64,000 nucleotides of DNA, taken from the NCBI GenBank assembly GCA_030674455.1, contig JAUSGQ010000029.1, forward strand, positions 6,625-70,624, written 5' to 3'. How positions within the stretch are numbered: position 1 is the first letter of the stretch; the number at the start of each line of letters is the position of its first letter. Positions 1-9,809 of this stretch are shown here, in pieces. The notes beneath the pieces were generated by a model. It was given only the letters and a program-made list of their open reading frames with translations. It made no database searches and had not been told where the DNA came from. The stretch comes from a bacterium (lineage in GTDB: Bacteria > Patescibacteriota > Minisyncoccia > Phycocordibacterales > UBA2100). The position numbers were made by a program, and so were the translations under genes.

Positions 1-1
1 A

Positions 2-3000
2 TCAACTTCCGGCGACTTAAACATCTCTTCCAACGACAACAACGGCGCTCTAATCAACGACAGTTACTCCGCATGGAACATCAAACTCGGAGGCCAGTCA
101 GACGCCTTCGCAATTCAACGTTCTCCGACAGGCACACTCTCGTACGCCAACTTCTTTAACATCAAGAACAACGGCAATGTCGGCATCGGAACATCTTCTC
201 CATACGCAATGCTCTCCGTTGCAGGCCAAGTCGTCGGCACTTACTTCACCGCCACATCCACCTCGCAAGCCAACACATTCCCGTACGCAAGCACGACCGC
301 GCTCACCGCAAGCGGAAACGCATACCTCGGCACAACGACCATCACAAATCTCGCCGTCTCCAACACGAGTACATCAACATTCGCTGGCGGACTCCAATCG
401 ACATATCTGAACATCACCGGCACATTGGCCACGAGTACATTCGCAAACGGCATCACCACATCCGGCGGAGGACTCGGGATAGGAACATCCACGCCTGCAG
501 GTACAGTCGGCATCAACGGCAACCTATTCGTATCAAATGCAAACGCCTCTTCCACCTTCACCGGCAACGTGGAAGTTTTGGGCGGGCTGAAAATCGGCAC
601 TGGCTCTATTTATCTAAACGGCTCCGCCACTAGCACCTACTCATCTGGACTCCAGGCAAGTGCGCTAAATATCACCGGCACATCCGCAACATCAACATTC
701 GCGCGAGGCATTGACCTCGCTGGTGGATGTTTCAGCATCAACGGCACTTGTGTTGGTGGAGGCGGGACAGACACAGTGGTACGGCTCGGCTCGATACAAA
801 CTTTCAGCGCCTCGTCAACAAATCTCACCTACACAACGCCAGCGAGTACCTCTTATATTGTTGTTGAAGTATGGGGTAGCGGTGGTGGCGGCGGTGGTGG
901 CGGCGATGGTGCCAGCCAGGGCGGCGGTGGCGGCGGCGCTGGCGGGTACTCAATGAAGTTCATTACAAGTCCTGCTTCTACGTACAAATACACGATTACC
1001 GATGGCGGGACTGGCGGTCAAAACGGTGCCAATGGTTCCGCTGGCGGCACGTCATGCTTCGGAACAAACGCCACTGCGTGCACCACTCCGCTCCTAAGCG
1101 CGACCGGAGGCGCCCTTGGGAGTGGCACAGCAGGTGCCGGCGGTGCCGGTGGCGCTGGTTTCAGCGGTGATGTCAATATGACTGGCCAGGGCGGCATTGG
1201 CGGTGGCAACCGCGGTGGGACAGGCGGTAGCGCTCCACGGGGCGGCGGTGGAGGTGTTGGTGGTCCCGAGAATAGCGTTGGCGCGAGTTTCGGCGGCGGC
1301 GGCGGCGGTGCTGCCGCCGCGGGTAGCGCAACAGACGGTGGTAACGGAGGTGTGGGCGGCATCATCGTCTACGAATACAAGACTGTCACATCAGGTACCG
1401 ACCTCGCCGAGAACTATCCTGTTTCTGACCCATCCATATCAGCGGGTGAAATTGTTTCTTTTGACGGAGTGAATCCAATATTCGTTAAGCGTGCGGAGAA
1501 AGGCGAAGGACGACCGCTCGCGGGAATCATTTCCACAAAGCCCGGCCTTCTCCTAGACGATAACGATGACTCGCTCGGAGAAAGGCCCGTCGCTCTTGCC
1601 GGCCGCGTGCCGACGAAAGTTTCCGCAGAGAACGGCCCAATCGCTATCGGCGACCGCATCACGCTTTCCTCGGTGCCGGGTGTCGGTATGAAAGCGAACA
1701 TATTTGACGAATCCATAGGTGTCGCGCTTGAACCGTATGATGCAGACCCTTCGACAATCTCAGGGCAGGCGGGCGTTATCCAAGTCTTTATGAACCTTCA
1801 GCCGGGCATTGACGTGCAGGCAATCGGCAAAGCACTTATCGCTCCCGTTGCAACATCAACGCCCAACACCTTCGACTTCGTCGGCTCGCTAATTGATGCC
1901 ATCGCCGCTCGCATGGGAACCACGACCGTCACGAATGTCGCGCTCACAAATTCATCAACCACTGCGACCGACCTGCTCTGCCTTGGTGGCGATTGCCGCA
2001 CGGCGTGGCCTGACATTGCGACCTCAACGATTGACTTCTCGCAGTACGCGACGCTTGCCGATTTTGCCGTTGCAACCTCCAGTATGTTCGACTTCGTAAG
2101 TCGAACATACGTCACGAAGTATGAATTTGATGCGCTTTTTGCAACCACGACATCCTTGTCCGCCGAAGTCCTTGCGACGAAGGCGGAGCTTGCCGATTTA
2201 ACTACGAACTACGGACTACTGACTACGAACTACTCCACACAAGGAGACACCTTGTCGCAACTCGCATCCGCACTCGCAGGCCTCGCAACTTCTACTCCCG
2301 ATCTATCGCAATACGCATCCCAAGACTGGGTCTCCGCCCTCGTCGCCTCTTCTACGGACTACGCACTACGCACTACGAACTTTTTGACGGGAACAATGAC
2401 AGGAAATATTCTGCCCGACACAGACAACCTCTACGCCCTCGGCTCGCCGGAGAACCGCCTATCTAATGTGTACGCCAAGAACATCAACGCAGGCGACCTC
2501 ACATTCACCGAAACCACGAGCGCAATCTCCGGCGACACCCTCGCCGTCGGCGACATGGTTTCTCTTTACGTCACTTCAACAGCAGGAAGCACCCACACAA
2601 TTCCAATCAACCTCCGCACCGCGCTCAACTCCAACAGCTGGGGGGCCAACAATATCTTCTTCAATACGACAGGAGGATTCGGCATCGGCATCTCCAGCAC
2701 CACAGCTCTCCGAGCGAAGCTTGACGTGGAAGGCGCAATCGCCTCCGGCGACTCCCGCTACCTCACTCTCGCCAACACATCAGGAGCGAACGGCAACGCC
2801 GCCCTCCCGTACAGCTTCACCATCCCCTCAACTTCAGGCGACTTGAACATCTCCTCCAACGACAACAACGGCGCTCTCGTCAACTCCAGCTACTCCGCAT
2901 GGAACATCAACCTTGGAGGCCAATCAGACGCCTTTGCCATACAACGCTCTCCCAATGGAACACTTTCATACGCCAACTTCTTCAACATCAAGAACAACGG

Positions 3001-6000
3001 CAACGTCGGCATCGGAACATCTTCTCCATACGCCATGCTCTCGGTGGCAGGCCAAGTTGTCGGCACTTACTTCACCGCCACATCCACAACACTGGCTAAC
3101 ACCTTCCCATACGCAAGCACGACCGCGCTCACCGCAAGCGGAAACGCATACCTCGGCACAACGACCATCACAAACCTCGCCGTCTCCAACACGAGTACAT
3201 CAACATTCGCTGGCGGGCTCCAATCTACATATCTAAACATCACAGGCACAGTGTCGACATCAACATTCGCCAGAGGTATTGACCTCTCCGGCGGATGCTT
3301 CTCGGTGAATGGCACATGCGTCGGCGGTTCTTCCGTCACGGGTACGACCGGACAGCTTACATACTTCAGCGATACGAATACTGCCGTAGGCACATCCACG
3401 CTCTTTGTCTCCACCGCGAGCAACGTCGGAATCGGAACAACGACGCCCAACTGGACGCTGACATCTTCCAACTCAACAGGCCCTCAGCTTTCCCTCGGCG
3501 ATGGCTCCAACAACTCATGGACATTCAGAAACTCCGGCGCGACACTGTATCTCGCGACTTCCACATACTCCGCCACTTCAACAACAGCGGCTCTTGCCTT
3601 CAACAACTCCACGGGTGCCGCGACATTCGGCTCTCCCGCCACATCAACATTCACAGGAGGAATAACATCTACATACCTGAACATCACCGGCACAAACGCC
3701 ACTTCAACATTCGCTAGAGGAATTGACATCGCGGGCGGATGCTTCGCGATAAATGGAACGTGCGTGGGCGGCTCGTCGCTCACAGGCACCACCGGACAGC
3801 TCGCATACTTTAGCGGTACAGACACCGGAGTTGGAACTTCCACACTATTCATCTCCACAGCAAGCAATGTCGGCATCGGGACGACGACGCCGGGAGCAAC
3901 TCTCACAATCCAAGCCGCTCTCAACGCGACACCATTCATAATTGCATCCTCCACCGGCGCGACGATGCTCTCGGTAGACACGACCGGCGCGCTTTCGGCC
4001 AAATTAAAACAACTCACTGCCGATTACACCGTTGATTCCTCCAGTGCAAGCATCAGTGTCGGCGACGTCGTTTCGTATATCAATGGGAATGCGAAGAAAG
4101 CTAATGCCGTTGTCCCAGGCACCACCATCACCGCCGGCACTCCAGTCGCCGCCAATGCCGTCGCCTCCTCACCCGTCTCCGCCACCACCCTTGACGCCAC
4201 CCACTTCGTGGTGGCATATTCGGGTACTTCAGGCTATGCCAATGCTGTCGTAGGCACCGTCTCCGGCACAACCATCACATACGGCACTCCCGTCGCCCTA
4301 AACGCCGTCGCCTCCACCTACACCTCCGCCACCACCCTTGATTCTACCCACTTTGTGGTGGCGTATAGAAACGGAAGTACAGGCTACGCCAATGCTGTCG
4401 TATCCACCGTCTCCGGTACCACCATCACCGCTGGCACCCCCGTTGCCCTGAACGCCGTTGGCTCCACCTTACAGAATTCAAACTCATCAGCAGTCGCCGC
4501 TCTTGACTCCACCCACTTCGTGGTAGCGTATCGGAACGATGATACCACTTATGCCAACGCCGTCGTCTCCTCAGTCTCCGGTACCACCATCACCGCCGGC
4601 ACTCCCGTAGCGTTGAACGCCGTCGCCTCCAGCTACACCGCCACCGCCTCCCTTGACGCCACCCACTTCGTGGTTACGTATAAGGGCGCCTCAGGCTACG
4701 CCAATGCCGTTGTATCCTCAGTCTCCGGTACCACCATCACCGCCGGCACTCCCGCGGTTCTTAATGCCATCAATTCTTTCTACTCAAATACCGCCTCCCT
4801 TGACGCCACCCACTTCGTGGTAGCGTATTATAACGCGACAACAGGCTTCGGTGACGCCGTCATCTCCTCAGTCTCCGGTACCACCATCACCGCCGGCACT
4901 CCCGTGGCTCTTAATGCTGTTACCTCTACCTCCTACTCCGTCAACGCTCTGGACTCCACCCACTTTGTGGTTGCGTATAATGGCACATCAAACTACGCTA
5001 CCGCCGTCGTTTCTATCGTCTCCGGCACCACTTTCACTCCCGGCACTCCCGTGGCTCTTAATGCCGTTGCATCTGGGTTACATTCCGTTGCGGTCATAGA
5101 CGCCACCCACTTTGTGACGGCGTATCAGAACAACGTTACAACCTACGCTGACGCCGTCGTCTCTAGTCTCAATACCGTTATCGCCGCTGGTACTAACATT
5201 CTCGGCATGGCCACCAACGCTACGACGAGTACTAATAATACGATTACAGTTGCCTCCAACGGCATCGTGACAGGTCTCTCCGGTCTTACCGCTGGAAGCA
5301 CCTACTATTGGAATGGGGCGCTTACCACCACTGCGAGCACCAACTACCCCGTCGGAATCGCGCTCACCACCACCTCAATGCTTCTCAACTCCGGCAATCG
5401 CGGTGCGAGCGCGAGTACCGACCAATTCTTCGGCGATATGATATTCGCCAACAACTTCCGCATCACGGAGAATCAGAGTCTGCCCAACTCGCTCATCTTC
5501 AAGAACCAGCTCAGCCGCGACATCATGTCGCTGGACGAAAACGGCAACATTGCTCTTTCCGGGTTGCTCACGGCCTCCAATATCGGACCGAACATTTTCA
5601 ACCTGCTTGGCACGACTACTATAGATGAGCTCACGGCTTCGACCACCTTGACAAGCTCGGGGCAAGCAAGCACAACACCCACATGGGCAGGGGCGTTCGC
5701 AGACGCGAGTGATACGCTCAAGAGCGCTCTGCAAGAGTTCTCCGACGCGGTAGTTCAAGTCTTCGGCCGGGCAATCTACGCGACAGCGGGCATATTTGAA
5801 AAAATATTTTCAAAAGAGGTGCACACAGACAAACTCTGCGTTTCAGATTCGGAAGGGGAGACATGCGTTACGCGCGCCCAGCTTGATGTGCTTCTTGCTT
5901 CAGCTGCGACTGGAGCCGCTTCCGCCGAAGGCGGAAGTGGCGAAACAGCCAGCTCAACAGTGAGTAGCAGTACTGCCACATCTTCGGATTCTTCCGCGTC

Positions 6001-6385
6001 TTCTGCGTCTAGTTCCGCGCCGTCTGCGGGCGATAGTCAGGTGCCGACTATCGCCATCAACGGCAACAATCCCTCGAACATCACAATAGGCGACACCTAT
6101 GGCGACCTCGGAGCCATCATCACCGGCCCGACAGAATCAGACAAAAATCTTGGCATCTACACATTCCTCGATGGTGTGGCGATGGACACCATACAATTAG
6201 ATACGAGCGTGGCAGGCGAGCATACAATAGATTACGTCGCCACGAACTCCTTCGGCGCCGCGACCAGTACGCGCACAGTGATAATTGAAGCCCCGGCAGA
6301 AGTAGTTGTTGAAGTTCCGGCAGACACGGCAACTACGACAGACTCAACTGCGACTACAACGTCTGCAACAAGTACAACGCCTTAG
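2..6385 (+). CDS. Giant repeat-rich secreted/cell-surface protein, 5'-partial (frame open from window start). Contains NVGIGT(S/T)TP-type motifs, a glycine-rich module, LNITGT-ATSTFARGID-GGCF-INGTCVGG modules, eight ~50-aa 'THFVVAY' repeats, and a C-terminal Ig-like (DUF5011-like) domain with a Ser/Thr-rich linker
   Basis: Frame-2 translation is open from nt 2 and matches the later repeat unit at nt 2829-3250 (internal duplication). The ORF track M at 209 is internal. The C-terminal 'PTIAINGNNPSNITIGDTYGDLGAIITGPT...TRTVII' resembles Ig-like DUF5011 domains. Confidence 0.7.
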   Translation, partial: STSGDLNISSNDNNGALINDSYSAWNIKLGGQSDAFAIQRSPTGTLSYANFFNIKNNGNVGIGTSSPYAMLSVAGQVVGTYFTATSTSQANTFPYASTTALTASGNAYLGTTTITNLAVSNTSTSTFAGGLQSTYLNITGTLATSTFANGITTSGGGLGIGTSTPAGTVGINGNLFVSNANASSTFTGNVEVLGGLKIGTGSIYLNGSATSTYSSGLQASALNITGTSATSTFARGIDLAGGCFSINGTCVGGGGTDTVVRLGSIQTFSASSTNLTYTTPASTSYIVVEVWGSGGGGGGGGDGASQGGGGGGAGGYSMKFITSPASTYKYTITDGGTGGQNGANGSAGGTSCFGTNATACTTPLLSATGGALGSGTAGAGGAGGAGFSGDVNMTGQGGIGGGNRGGTGGSAPRGGGGGVGGPENSVGASFGGGGGGAAAAGSATDGGNGGVGGIIVYEYKTVTSGTDLAENYPVSDPSISAGEIVSFDGVNPIFVKRAEKGEGRPLAGIISTKPGLLLDDNDDSLGERPVALAGRVPTKVSAENGPIAIGDRITLSSVPGVGMKANIFDESIGVALEPYDADPSTISGQAGVIQVFMNLQPGIDVQAIGKALIAPVATSTPNTFDFVGSLIDAIAARMGTTTVTNVALTNSSTTATDLLCLGGDCRTAWPDIATSTIDFSQYATLADFAVATSSMFDFVSRTYVTKYEFDALFATTTSLSAEVLATKAELADLTTNYGLLTTNYSTQGDTLSQLASALAGLATSTPDLSQYASQDWVSALVASSTDYALRTTNFLTGTMTGNILPDTDNLYALGSPENRLSNVYAKNINAGDLTFTETTSAISGDTLAVGDMVSLYVTSTAGSTHTIPINLRTALNSNSWGANNIFFNTTGGFGIGISSTTALRAKLDVEGAIASGDSRYLTLANTSGANGNAALPYSFTIPSTSGDLNISSNDNNGALVNSSYSAWNINLGGQSDAFAIQRSPNGTLSYANFFNIKNNGNVGIGTSSPYAMLSVAGQVVGTYFTATSTTLANTFPYASTTALTASGNAYLGTTTITNLAVSNTSTSTFAGGLQSTYLNITGTVSTSTFARGIDLSGGCFSVNGTCVGGSSVTGTTGQLTYFSDTNTAVGTSTLFVSTASNVGIGTTTPNWTLTSSNSTGPQLSLGDGSNNSWTFRNSGATLYLATSTYSATSTTAALAFNNSTGAATFGSPATSTFTGGITSTYLNITGTNATSTFARGIDIAGGCFAINGTCVGGSSLTGTTGQLAYFSGTDTGVGTSTLFISTASNVGIGTTTPGATLTIQAALNATPFIIASSTGATMLSVDTTGALSAKLKQLTADYTVDSSSASISVGDVVSYINGNAKKANAVVPGTTITAGTPVAANAVASSPVSATTLDATHFVVAYSGTSGYANAVVGTVSGTTITYGTPVALNAVASTYTSATTLDSTHFVVAYRNGSTGYANAVVSTVSGTTITAGTPVALNAVGSTLQNSNSSAVAALDSTHFVVAYRNDDTTYANAVVSSVSGTTITAGTPVALNAVASSYTATASLDATHFVVTYKGASGYANAVVSSVSGTTITAGTPAVLNAINSFYSNTASLDATHFVVAYYNATTGFGDAVISSVSGTTITAGTPVALNAVTSTSYSVNALDSTHFVVAYNGTSNYATAVVSIVSGTTFTPGTPVALNAVASGLHSVAVIDATHFVTAYQNNVTTYADAVVSSLNTVIAAGTNILGMATNATTSTNNTITVASNGIVTGLSGLTAGSTYYWNGALTTTASTNYPVGIALTTTSMLLNSGNRGASASTDQFFGDMIFANNFRITENQSLPNSLIFKNQLSRDIMSLDENGNIALSGLLTASNIGPNIFNLLGTTTIDELTASTTLTSSGQASTTPTWAGAFADASDTLKSALQEFSDAVVQVFGRAIYATAGIFEKIFSKEVHTDKLCVSDSEGETCVTRAQLDVLLASAATGAASAEGGSGETASSTVSSSTATSSDSSASSASSSAPSAGDSQVPTIAINGNNPSNITIGDTYGDLGAIITGPTESDKNLGIYTFLDGVAMDTIQLDTSVAGEHTIDYVATNSFGAATSTRTVIIEAPAEVVVEVPADTATTTDSTATTTSATSTTP
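4095..5170 (+). repeat. Tandem array of about 8 x 150-nt coding repeats inside the giant protein (ANAVVSSVSGTTITAGTPVALNAV...LDATHFVVAY units), possibly propeller-blade-like
   Basis: Repeated peptide units seen in the translation; the nucleotide periodicity of about 150 nt is visible. Confidence 0.75.
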
Positions 6386-6444
6386 ATAATAAATAAAAAC
6401 GTATGAAAAAAGACTTTAACAAAGTGAATGTGTGGATAAGCAAA

Positions 6445-6469
6445 AGCGCGGCGGCTCTGCCGCCGCGCT
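6445..6469 (+). terminator. GC-rich hairpin (agcgcggcggc-tctg-gccgccgcgct) downstream of the giant gene. It is followed by an extended -10-like TGGTACAAT upstream of the RhuM gene
   Basis: Inverted repeat seen in the sequence. There is no strong T-tract, so terminator function is tentative. Confidence 0.4.
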
Positions 6470-6486
6470 GGTACAATGAGTAAAAT

Positions 6487-7506
6487 ATGAAGAAAAAAAA
6501 TAAACTTCCTGACAATCAAATAACATTTTATGAATCACCCGACGGAACGGTGAACATTGAAGTGTTATATGCTGAAGAAAACATTTGGCTTACTCAAAAA
6601 AGAATGGCCGAGCTCTTTAATTGTTCCACAGACAACATTTCGCTTCACTTAAAGAATATTTATCAGGAAAATGAAGTTGACCAAAAATCAACTACCGAGG
6701 AATTCTCGGTAGTTCAAAAAGAGGGAGAAAGAAAGATTGCTCGAAAAGTCACTTTTTATAGTCTCGAGGCCATTATCGCCGTAGGGTATCGAGTAAGCTC
6801 CGAGCGCGGAACACAATTTCGCCAGTGGGCAACGGGCATTTTGAAAAAGTATATCCACAAGGGGTACTCGCTGGATGTGAATCGAATGAAATACGGCTCT
6901 CGTTTTAGCACAAGATATTTTGACGAGCTGTACGAAGAAATCAGAGATATCCGTACGGGTGAGCGGATGATGTATCAAAAAATCACCGATATTTATGCAA
7001 CGGCAATCGATTATTCGCCAAAAGCACATGAGAGCAAAGAATTTTTTGCCACCGTACAAAACAAACTGCACTTTGCCATAACGGGAAAAACTGCGGCAGA
7101 AATTATCACAGAGCGAGTAAGCAGTAAAAAAGACAAAATGGGATTAACGTCTTGGCGATGCTCTCCGAGAGGGAAAATTATGTCAAGCGACACCGTCATT
7201 GCCAAAAATTACTTGGACAAAAAAGAACTAGAACATTTGAACCGCATTGGAAATATGTATTTGGACTATGCTGAATTACAAGTGGCTCGGAGCAAAACAA
7301 TGACTATGAAGGATTGGATAAAAAAACTCAATGCCTTTCTCAAATTTAGCGAATATGAGATTTTGACGAACGCGGGAAAAATATCGCACGAGGTGGCAGT
7401 AGTTTTAGCAGAGCGTGAGTATGGAAAATACCGCGCGATTCAAGACAAAAATTACATTTCTGATTTTGACCGTGAAGTGAAGAAACTACGCAAAAAAACG
7501 CCATGA
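6487..7506 (+). CDS. RhuM-family virulence-associated protein (putative DNA-binding)
   Basis: N-terminal 'ITFYESPDGTVNIEVLYAEENIWLTQKRMAELF...ISLHLKNIY' is the hallmark start of RhuM-family proteins. Confidence 0.8.
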   Translation: MKKKNKLPDNQITFYESPDGTVNIEVLYAEENIWLTQKRMAELFNCSTDNISLHLKNIYQENEVDQKSTTEEFSVVQKEGERKIARKVTFYSLEAIIAVGYRVSSERGTQFRQWATGILKKYIHKGYSLDVNRMKYGSRFSTRYFDELYEEIRDIRTGERMMYQKITDIYATAIDYSPKAHESKEFFATVQNKLHFAITGKTAAEIITERVSSKKDKMGLTSWRCSPRGKIMSSDTVIAKNYLDKKELEHLNRIGNMYLDYAELQVARSKTMTMKDWIKKLNAFLKFSEYEILTNAGKISHEVAVVLAEREYGKYRAIQDKNYISDFDREVKKLRKKTP

Positions 7507-8981
7507 AAAACTTCACCCAAAAAACATTCGGGATTGTCACATCACTTGCGTTAGTATTCGGGCCATTCATAGCACTCGCTCCGAGCGCGAGCGCGGCCTC
7601 CTATGTCAACATCGCAGTCCCCTCAAATACCAGTCTTACCGGAGGACTCTTGCTCTTCTACACTCTTGACGGCACGAAATTCTCTACCACCACCGTCACC
7701 GACATGAGCGGGAACGGGAAGACTGGGACGCCTTCTGTGGCAAGATCGGCTGTTGCGGCCGCGGCGGCACAAGGACAACAAGCATACACAACCGCACAAT
7801 CTACAAGCTGGACTGCTCCCGCCGGAGTAACGAGCGTGAGTGTGGTTTGCGTTGGAGGTGGTGGTAGTTGGGGATCGTACGATGATGGAGAAACACTTTA
7901 CATCAGGTCAGCTGGTGGGGGTGCTCTTGCTTATGCTAATAATATAACAGTAGTGCCAGGTAATGCATATGATGTAGTTGTCGGTAATCATGCACCATCT
8001 AACGGAGGTGTTGGCAATCCCGGTGGAGCAAGTTCCTTTAATGTTACCACATGCAAAGCAAATGGTGGTGGGAGTGGAAGCAACACGTCATCTGCGACAC
8101 ATGGATTAGGCGGAACGGTGGTGTATGGAACTGGTGGAAGTGGAGGTAACGGTGAACAAACTGGCCTCATGTCTGCTGGCGGTGCTGGTGGATATTCGGG
8201 CAATGGCGGCGCAGGCGGGAACGCGACCGGAGGAAATGGCAGTGGTGGAGGTGGAGGAGGAGGTGCTTATGCGGGAGGGATAGGACGTGCTGGTGGGGGT
8301 GTTGGTATTTTAGGGGAGGGAACAAGTGGGGCTGGCGGCACTTCTGGTACTCCCGATGGCGGAGGAGGATCTGGTGGAGGAACGGGGGGAAATGGAAATA
8401 ATATATATGGAGGCGCACCCAAATATGGTGACCTTGCGGCAGTAGGTGCCGTTCGCATCATCTGGGGCACCAGTCGCTCATTCCCATCTACGAATACTGG
8501 GGATATGTCGACAGTCGAGGGAGTCGCGGGAGTCGCCACCACCACAGCCCCCCTCAAAACCACCGGTAAAATCGGCCAAGCCATCAAGTTTGATGGAATC
8601 ACTGCGAGCACCACCGTCGGCAATGTATCCTCATCAGTAAAGTCAGTCGCATTCTGGGCCAAGGTCGCCACCTCAACTACCCAGCAGAACATCATTGACC
8701 TCAACGGCAGTGGAGCAAATATTGAAATCGTAAATGGCGTTGTCACCGCCAACGGCTTCACCAGCCCCACTATATATGTAGACGGAGCAGTAACTTCTAC
8801 CCTCAACAACACCAACTGGCACCATGTAGTAATCACCACCGGCACGAATGTAAACGCCAGCAACGTCTCTCTCGGCGTCGCCTCATCAACCTACTTCGGC
8901 GGCTCTCTAGACGACCTCCGCATCTATAATAAGGCACTATCTGCAAGCGAGGTGAGGAGACTGTACGGATTGGGGAACTAA
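7503..8981 (+). CDS. Secreted glycine-rich protein with C-terminal LamG/concanavalin-A-like lectin domain
   Basis: Signal peptide (MKNFTQKTFGIVTSLALVFGPFIALAPSASAAS). Long GGxGG-rich region introduced by 'WTAPAGVTSVSVVCVGGGG', paralogous to 'YTTPASTSYIVVEVWGSGGGG' in the giant protein. C-terminal 'SLDDLRIYNKALSASEVRRLY' is typical of Laminin_G_3 domains. Confidence 0.65.
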   Translation: MKNFTQKTFGIVTSLALVFGPFIALAPSASAASYVNIAVPSNTSLTGGLLLFYTLDGTKFSTTTVTDMSGNGKTGTPSVARSAVAAAAAQGQQAYTTAQSTSWTAPAGVTSVSVVCVGGGGSWGSYDDGETLYIRSAGGGALAYANNITVVPGNAYDVVVGNHAPSNGGVGNPGGASSFNVTTCKANGGGSGSNTSSATHGLGGTVVYGTGGSGGNGEQTGLMSAGGAGGYSGNGGAGGNATGGNGSGGGGGGGAYAGGIGRAGGGVGILGEGTSGAGGTSGTPDGGGGSGGGTGGNGNNIYGGAPKYGDLAAVGAVRIIWGTSRSFPSTNTGDMSTVEGVAGVATTTAPLKTTGKIGQAIKFDGITASTTVGNVSSSVKSVAFWAKVATSTTQQNIIDLNGSGANIEIVNGVVTANGFTSPTIYVDGAVTSTLNNTNWHHVVITTGTNVNASNVSLGVASSTYFGGSLDDLRIYNKALSASEVRRLYGLGN

Positions 8982-9027
8982 CTATCTGCGCATATCCCAG
9001 AGGCAAGTCAAAACCATCAAGGCTCAA

Positions 9028-9054
9028 AACCATCAAGGCGACGCCTTGATGGTT
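9028..9054. repeat. 27-nt perfect hairpin (aaccatcaaggcg-a-cgccttgatggtt) at the 3' flank of the RAYT gene. A half-copy lies at 9011-9022
   Basis: Seen in sequence; an identical copy lies at 9762-9788. Confidence 0.9.
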
Positions 9055-9740
9055 TCAGTAAAATAAGGGTCATCGGTCGCGACACTTGCGTAATACGCGC
9101 GGGCGTCCTCGAGCATTTTGCGTGGCGCGGTATTGCGGTACACGTCAAACGCGTCGCGGGAAAGTATTGCGACGATGTCTCGTTTCTCACCCGCAAAATC
9201 CGGAAAACTCGAATAGCGATATCCGCGCAGGAATTTTTCCAGCCGTGCCATGTCGCGCACCGCTCCTTTTTTCCATCCCGGTGCGAAGCGCTCGGCAGGA
9301 TTGCAATGGATGTAGTTGACGACGTGCTGGAAGTAGAGGTCTTCCCCCACATGCCGCGAGCGAAACGGTTTCATAAAAAGATTTCCTGTTCGATCGTTTT
9401 TCTTGTTGAAGTACATCGTGTACGCGGTACCGAGTTTCTGCATAAAGCGTGTGATCCCGCCCTCCATGATCTCCTTGAGAAGCAGGTGAAAATGATTCGG
9501 CATGAGGCAGTATGCCCCGATAGATACAAGAGCATTGGAGCGTTCAAGGGAAATTATCTCGCTCGTCGTTCGCTCCGAGAGATTGCTCCGATGCAGCGTG
9601 TCCGTCGAGTTCGCCAGATAGAGAATCTGTAAGAAGCGTTCCGAATTATCCTCGCTTTCGAAGACTATCCGCTTCTCGATGCCTCTGTTGTAACAGTGGA
9701 ACCATTCGTCGATTTGGAATGGGACTGGACGTTGCGCCAT
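9033..9740 (-). mobile_element. IS200/IS605-type Y1 (HUH) transposase, REP-associated tyrosine transposase (RAYT)-like
   Basis: 'LMPNHFHLLL' HUH motif and 'YIHCNPAE'. Likely start MAQRPVPF (ATG at 9740). The ORF-track start at 9794 lies inside the flanking hairpin. Confidence 0.8.
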
Positions 9741-9761
9741 ACGGCAAGTGTACCACAAGAA

Positions 9762-9788
9762 AACCATCAAGGCGACGCCTTGATGGTT
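9762..9788. repeat. Second copy of the 27-nt perfect hairpin, immediately 5' of the RAYT gene
   Basis: Identical to 9028-9054. Confidence 0.9.
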
Positions 9789-9809
9789 CTTCAAGGAGCG
9801 TCGTGTGGA

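Noticed and set aside
4095-5170. Possible CRISPR array suggested by regular ~150-nt periodic repeats
   Set aside because: The repeats are in-frame protein-coding units of the giant gene with no unique spacers. No cas genes are present in the window.
241-5758. Numerous 60-180-aa ORFs on the antisense strand or in alternate frames of the giant surface-protein gene (for example 241..600 -, 1018..1365 -, 3067..3471 -, 3484..4017 -, 2466..2846 +)
   Set aside because: They are embedded in a long, repeat-rich, high-GC coding region whose sense frame has clear domain structure. Pro/Ala/Gly-rich translations are typical of spurious antisense ORFs.
9741-9794. ORF-track N-terminal extensions of the Y1 transposases (9794 start; also 36068 and 47335 starts)
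   Set aside because: The extensions run through the flanking hairpins or repeats. Conserved Y1 N-termini (FSVDEWYHCFNRG / YHVLNRAN) begin at internal Met codons.
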